A stretch of DNA of 64,000 bases from Octopus vulgaris (taxonomy: Eukaryota). This document shows positions 58,633 to 64,000 of the stretch, one piece after another. Within the stretch, counting starts at the first letter, position 1. Each line of letters begins with the position of its first letter. The DNA lies in assembly GCA_951406725.2 (NCBI GenBank), contig OX597821.1, forward strand, positions 23,746,001 to 23,810,000, given 5' to 3'. Under the pieces are notes generated by a model. The model saw nothing but the letters and a program-made list of their open reading frames with translations, had not been told where the DNA came from and did no database searches. A program made the translations under genes and the position numbers.

Positions 58633-59224
58633 ATCCACAAATCAATAACATGTTCGCAGTTTTCAAAGGTTTCCATGTCCGAGCAATGGAGAATATATTA
58701 TTGAGTATCCACTCAATAGAGGATCCGGACGTTTTGTCGTTGAGTGTCACTTAATTGTCATTGATCCGTTCAAGATCTTGCAGGTGCATACTAACTTTAG
58801 TGACGATTGCTTTATTGCTGAGCGTGGCCGATTTTCTCGACCTTTGCTCTATTTGAAAATATAAGAAATAAACTATATACGTATGTATGTATGTATGTAT
58901 GTATGTATGTATGTATGTATGTATGTATATACGTATGTATGTATGTATGTATGTATGTATGTATGTATGTATTATGTATGTGTGCATGTATGCGTGTGTC
59001 TGTGTGTGTATGTATGTATGTATGTATGTATGTATGTATGTATGTATGTATGTATGCGTGTGTGTATGTATTACCTATTCATGGAAATATATGTATGTAT
59101 AAATACTTGTATGCGTGTTTTTATGTATGTATGAGTGTACATATTCATGAATGTATCTATCCATGTAAGTATGCATGTACGTGCATGTGCGTGAGCATAT
59201 ATATATATAATACAACATATATAT

Positions 59225-59477
59225 AAATATTTTCGTCGCTTTGAGACCGCGACCTGTTCACTGACAAAATTCCGTGCTGCACGGAATTTTGTCAGTGAAC
59301 AGGTCGCGGTCTCAAAACGACGAAAATATTTTGGCAAATTAAATTTAAATGTTAAAGTGAATCTAACCGTTTTTGTGTGTTTCTTAAATGGTTTATAAAC
59401 ACCTTCCACGCTGCAATTGTTTTCGTTCCAGCACACGATCTCAGATCAGGTCACTCGCTATGCAAGTACATCTCCGT

Positions 59478-59480
<3 letters not shown>
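59225..59480 (+). mobile_element. Fold-back element: 107 bp near-perfect palindrome plus unique tail
   Basis: Palindrome 59225-59331 centred on 59278, one mismatch; between (TA)n and (CA)n. Confidence 0.85.
59288..59338 (+). ncRNA. Minimal type-I hammerhead motif, G3:C8 variant
   Basis: TTTGTCA-GTGAACA-G-GTCG-(11 nt)-CGAC-GAAA-ATAT-TT-TGGCAAA; 7 bp stem I, palindromic AATATT stem III. Confidence 0.7.
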
Positions 59481-59538
<58 letters not shown>

Positions 59539-59544
59539 CACACA

Positions 59545-60780
59545 CACAGACATGCAGGAAATAGACACCTTTAATTTTCAAAATCTTTTATTTAATACGT
59601 AAAGCGAACAATTGAAATGTGATCGATAGGTAGGACTAAATACTTTAGTATTTAGTTGACATTCTCTTTGCAGTTTTTAATTCAGAAACTCTTTTTGGCA
59701 TTGAACTGAGGAGCTTTGTGATTATCTCTTGTGGAATTTCTGCACACTTTTCACGCAACAATCGAAACAATTCATCTTTAGATTTAGGTTTCTGCCGAGT
59801 TTTTCGTATAGCTCTATCTAGTATGCTCCAAAGATTTTCAGTTGGGTTCACGTCAGGAGATTGACTCGACCAAGGAAGCTTTTTGACCCCATTTTCTGTC
59901 AACCATTGTTGATTCCTTTTCGCTGTGTGGCATGGAGCCCCATCTTCCATGAATAAAAACTCATTTTTCGTTATGTTATCGTGTGAATACATCGGAAGTA
60001 GTCCTTGCTTAAGTATTTCGATTTTTCAGAGTTTATGTTTCCAGCACATTCGATCAGCTCAGAACGACCATTGCTGGTGACAGCTCCCCATACCATTAAA
60101 GAGATACCGCCATGTTTCACAGTTGGTTGGAGTCGTTTCAAATCAAATTCTTAATTGGGAAGCCTCCAGACCCAAACACATCCACTGTTTAAAAAAATCT
60201 GGATTCATATGAGAAAATCACTATCCCAAAATGAACTAGAATTTTCTGACATCTCCTTAGCCCATTTCTTTCTTTTCATGATATAAATTGGTTGAAGGAG
60301 AGGCTTTCTTCTAGCTGCCCATCCATAATACCCAAGCTTATGCAGATATGTAACACGTTTTTGAGCTAACTTCTACCTATTTTGTAATGTCAGAAGCCTT
60401 CGAACGGGTTAGTTTTCCACAATTCTCTTCAAACAGCGGAGCTTCCTTTTCGAGGGCCGGGACGAGAATCTGTTGATTCTTTTCCTTGGCTTTTGAATTG
60501 CATTATAATTCTATTAACAGTAGCAAGAGGAATTTGATGATTTTCAGCAAATTTTCGCCGGCTAAGATTGCTCAAAAATACGACCTCTTTGAAAATCTGA
60601 CAGCTCTGCTGAATTTTTTGTGCGTGGCATGGTTACTCTTCGCAAATGTTTAATATAATGGCACCTGGAATGAAAGAGAATAATTACATTGTAAATTCTA
60701 CACCGCTGAAAACATATTAAGACGCTTAGATTGGAAATTTTGAAAATCATAGGTGGCTTTTTACTTCCTGCATGTCTGTG
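59545..60780 (-). mobile_element. Near full-length Tc1 (DD34E) transposon, pseudogene 60630-59645
   Basis: TIR CACAGACATGCAGGAA both ends; MPRTKNSAELSDFQRGRI, FMEDGAPCHTAK, WSSQSPDVNPTENLW. Confidence 0.93.
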
Positions 60781-60796
60781 TATATACATATATGAC

Positions 60797-60985
60797 TGGC
60801 ACTCTGTCGGTTACGACGACGAGGATTCCAGTCGATCCGATCAATGGAATAGCTTGCTCGTGAAATTAACGTGCAAGTGGCTGAGCACTCTACAGACGCA
60901 CGTCACTCTTAACATAGTTCTGAGGGAGATTCAGCGATGACACATAATGTCGCAAGGCAGTACTTTTGAGATGCAGGCACAACTC
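60797..60985 (-). mobile_element. SINE C second tail type, 3' fragment
   Basis: Reverse complement of 46690-46842. Confidence 0.8.
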
Positions 60986-61011
60986 GTTTTTGACACTTGT
61001 GTGGACTCATA

Positions 61012-62190
61012 GGGGAGACGGGGTCTAGTTGTTATATTTTCTCTTTTTTTTTTTTTTTGCCTTGGCACCCACATAAATGAACACAGCTGAAGTTTTTTTT
61101 TGCAGATTTAATTAGTAAAACATCTCTATTGTTATCACCAGCAAAAAGCAGAAATTACATAGCATTAATTAGATAGGTTCTAATTAATGAGGTAGTGTCA
61201 GCTGTAACAATTTTCCCCGAGTGCGAGGTACGTTGTGTCACTTACTGGGTTACTTTGTTACAACTGTCGATAACTCGGAATTATGTTAACAAACAAGTTT
61301 AAAATGAATACGTCTCCCGCTTCTTGCATCTAAGAAGTATTATTTTATTTAATTAACTGTGCTTTGAACCACCTCATATCCTAAGTGTGATACTGAGAAT
61401 TCTCATCAGCCAATTTTCCCATTGTTACATTTGCCATCTCGTCGGAATCGTCCTCCATTAACTTCTCATCACACGGATCACACAGAAAGTCCTGTCTTCC
61501 TTCGGTACAGTGAGTGTGTGCCCAGTCTTTACAGATCATGCATTGCACCCATTCTTCACCTGGAAGGGAGTTGGAAAACAAATATGAGCAGACAAGGCAT
61601 TTCCAGTCGGCGACTTGCTTGCTGCGAGGCTGCTTCCCTTTGCCTTTATCTGTTTTAGTTGACTTTCCCTTCCCCTTTGTTGCCTTTTCTGTACCTGTTG
61701 CCTTCTTTGATTTGGATTTCCGTTCATTTATTTCATCCCCTATGCTCTGTTTTACGACAACATCCCATAATGATTTCTTTTCAACCACAACTTTTCTGAC
61801 GGTACTTTCCATGACACCAGGAGGGTATCCCCCTCTTGGAGTCTTCCTGTTGTAATTTCTAGGCATGACGTGTTAAACTGAAATAGAAGGGGTAAGTTGT
61901 TACATGCCTGGGGTAAGTTGATACACTGTAACAATTAGCTCCGACCATGGATTTCTGGGGATTACTTTGTACACAGCACAAGCAATGCATGGCATCCAGG
62001 AGACACCTTCATGTATCGAAGGCAACATCCAACACTTCCTAATGAGCTACAAACTACTTCAGCAACACCACTTGTGCTTTAGTAGTTAAGGAAATAACTT
62101 TGTGGCAAAATTTCACTTTTGGAGTAAAAAAATCGTTTCTTCAGCCATACCTTTCCTGGTGACAGCCCACCAGTGCAATACACATGTGTA
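61012..62190 (-). mobile_element. Pogo-like DNA transposon deletion derivative
   Basis: TA-GGGGAGACGGGG terminus; repeated GGGTAAGTTG/TGTAACAA subterminal motifs; other end not found. Confidence 0.65.
61381..61866 (-). CDS. 161 aa transposase-derived ORF: psq-type HTH start fused to PHD finger, no DDE domain
   Basis: MPRNYNRKT N-terminus; Lys-rich linker; CLVC...WVQCMICKDWAHTHC...CDPC (C4HC3). Confidence 0.6.
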   Translation of the reverse strand: MPRNYNRKTPRGGYPPGVMESTVRKVVVEKKSLWDVVVKQSIGDEINERKSKSKKATGTEKATKGKGKSTKTDKGKGKQPRSKQVADWKCLVCSYLFSNSLPGEEWVQCMICKDWAHTHCTEGRQDFLCDPCDEKLMEDDSDEMANVTMGKLADENSQYHT

Positions 62191-62249
62191 GTCATGATGC
62201 TATGGAGTTGGCCTTCACGAGGTAGAGAGTGGAGCCTTTTAATAACACC

Positions 62250-62670
62250 TCGTAATTACCTTCATGGTTATTAGCCTTAAACCAAGGAAGGACATGATAC
62301 CTAAACACTTTCTAATAGATATTAGCACTAATTTTCTCACCAGATTTTAAAATATGCAGGGGCTTTTTTTTTTGCCATCTGATGCCACAACTCCTAAAAC
62401 CATCACCTGAGCAGGATGCTTTGTTCTGAAAACACCATTGACTTGAAAGGATGATTCAGCAATACACCGATTATCTCGACTGTTCACAAAAGCATCCACG
62501 GGGAAGATTCCCACGTTAGAAAATATTTTCACAACGGATCCAGACTGCTTAAAGTAGGACAACATTGTTCTTGGCCTTTCTAGCTTCCTGACTTTCATTG
62601 AATTGGTCAGAAGGTTTCTTGAAGTTCGTGCAAAGGATTGCAGACCTAAATCACAGTGAACAGTCTTCGC
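62250..62670 (-). mobile_element. maT/DD37D-like transposase fragment
   Basis: TKHPAQVMVLGVVASDGKK and HVLPWFKAN motifs. Confidence 0.75.
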
Positions 62671-62726
<56 letters not shown>

Positions 62727-62754
62727 ACTATATATTTTTACAAGCCAACCTGAG

Positions 62755-62785
<31 letters not shown>

Positions 62786-62901
62786 ATATTTCGGAATGGT
62801 CATTTTGCCAGTTTAGCCAATAAAAATACACGCACTATATATTTGGTGTTACTTTGCTTCAGTGTTATTTATTTTTTACATTAATCTTAATCTTATTTCA
62901 G

Positions 62902-62941
62902 CCAGAGTTCTTTCGTCACACTCCTGTGACCACATCAGTGG
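62902..62941 (-). ncRNA. Minimal hammerhead-like motif, A9 substituted
   Basis: CCA-CTGATGT-G-GTCACA-ggag-TGTGAC-GAAA-GAAC-TC-TGG. Confidence 0.6.
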
Positions 62942-63091
62942 TCCTTTGCTTTCTTCTCACTTATTTGTGTCTCTCCTTACTAACCGTCAGCCATTTTGTA
63001 TAGAAAACACGTAGTAATCCTCAAAAGATTTGAACTTGAATTCCAAAATATTTATCGGGAACAAGTACCAAGGGGTAAAGAGCAGCTTTAA

Positions 63092-63142
63092 GAGAAATCA
63101 GGTGAGCTGAGAAACCAGCTGAGCTGAGAAATCAGGTGAGCT
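63092..63142. repeat. 17 bp tandem repeat x3
   Basis: GAGAAATCAGGTGAGCT / GAGAAACCAGCTGAGCT / GAGAAATCAGGTGAGCT. Confidence 0.9.
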
Positions 63143-63295
63143 AGTGATGCAGATAAGCACTATCATGCTTGCTATTTATAGCTAAATGCACACAATATTT
63201 TGAGGTTTTGCTATCTCAACGTTAATGAAATTCGTGCACATGGTAGATTATAGTATATTTCACAATATACATTAGTTTTAATATCTGGCTGACCT

Positions 63296-64000
63296 TCATT
63301 TATTATCAAATACCGCTTTTAAACGATTAGGCATTGAATCAACTAGTTTCTTGCGGGTGCTAGATGCAATTTTACTCAAATCTTCTCTCAACTTTTGGTA
63401 CAAATACTCTTTATTTTTAATTGTTGCGTTCCTGATAGCTTCACCAAGAGTTCCCCATTGGTGTTCAATCGGATTAAGATTGGGACTTTGAGCTGGCCAG
63501 TCCATGGGAACAATACCCTGTGTTTCAAACCATTGACGAGTATTCTTTGCTGAGTAACATGGAGCGTTGTCCTGTTGAAAGGTAACACTGTTTTCCGACA
63601 CTCCTGGATGCAATTTAGCAATTGATGGTTTTAAAACATCCGATAACATAGAAACATAGGTAGCTGAATTCATCCTTCCCTGACATAAAACCATTTCTCC
63701 GGGTCCTGTGGTAGACATGCAGGCCCACACCATTATAGAACCATCCCCATGTTTTACGGTTGGTACCAGACATTCAGCCTTAAATGCTTCCCCAACTTTG
63801 CAACGCACGAAAATTGCACCGAAAACCAGAGTAAAAACATGAAAAATAATGTTAGCTTTACGTTGGATACTTTCTTTAAATACATTTTGGGCAACAAACC
63901 AGTTACATACAGTTTATATGTTGACTGAATACATGTACTATCTTACCTCATAGTTACTTTCATCAGACCATGTAACTTTCGACCATTGCTCACTGGTCCA
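63296..64000 (-). mobile_element. Tc1 transposase 3' part with apparent intron; continues off-window
   Basis: WSDES, PTVKHGDGSIMVW, FQQDNAPC, WPAQSPNLNPIEH. Confidence 0.92.

Noticed and set aside
63960-63985. CTGATGA/GAAA words at window end
   Set aside because: Encode Tc1 WSKVTWSDES; no hammerhead stems.

Overview
Eukaryotic, repeat-saturated, AT-rich non-coding DNA, most likely coleoid cephalopod (Octopus-like SINE families; inferred, not searched). No intact host gene is recognisable, and nearly all supplied ORFs are microsatellite or SINE artefacts. Contents: dense (TA)n/(CATA)n/(TATC)n/trinucleotide repeats; about 35 copies of three tRNA-derived SINE families; two decayed Penelope-like (PLE) RT/GIY-YIG elements; a Tx1/L1 LINE sitting in (TATC)n; RTE remnants; mariner, Tc1, maT and pogo-like DNA transposons; Merlin-like MITEs. 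The main hidden signal is a set of short elements in or beside (TA)n tracts, often fold-back, that carry minimal type-I hammerhead ribozyme motifs with palindromic stem III. About ten motifs or half-motifs from several different families occur, including apparent compensatory U3:A8 (31834-31876) and G3:C8 (59288-59338) cores and a hairpin with one hammerhead on each strand (52161-52257). Also seen: a candidate TATA/Inr promoter with first exon (55334-55461), a spliceosomal-type intron in a Tc1 transposase, and an open psq-HTH/PHD ORF from a deleted pogo-like element. All folding and alignment was done by eye.
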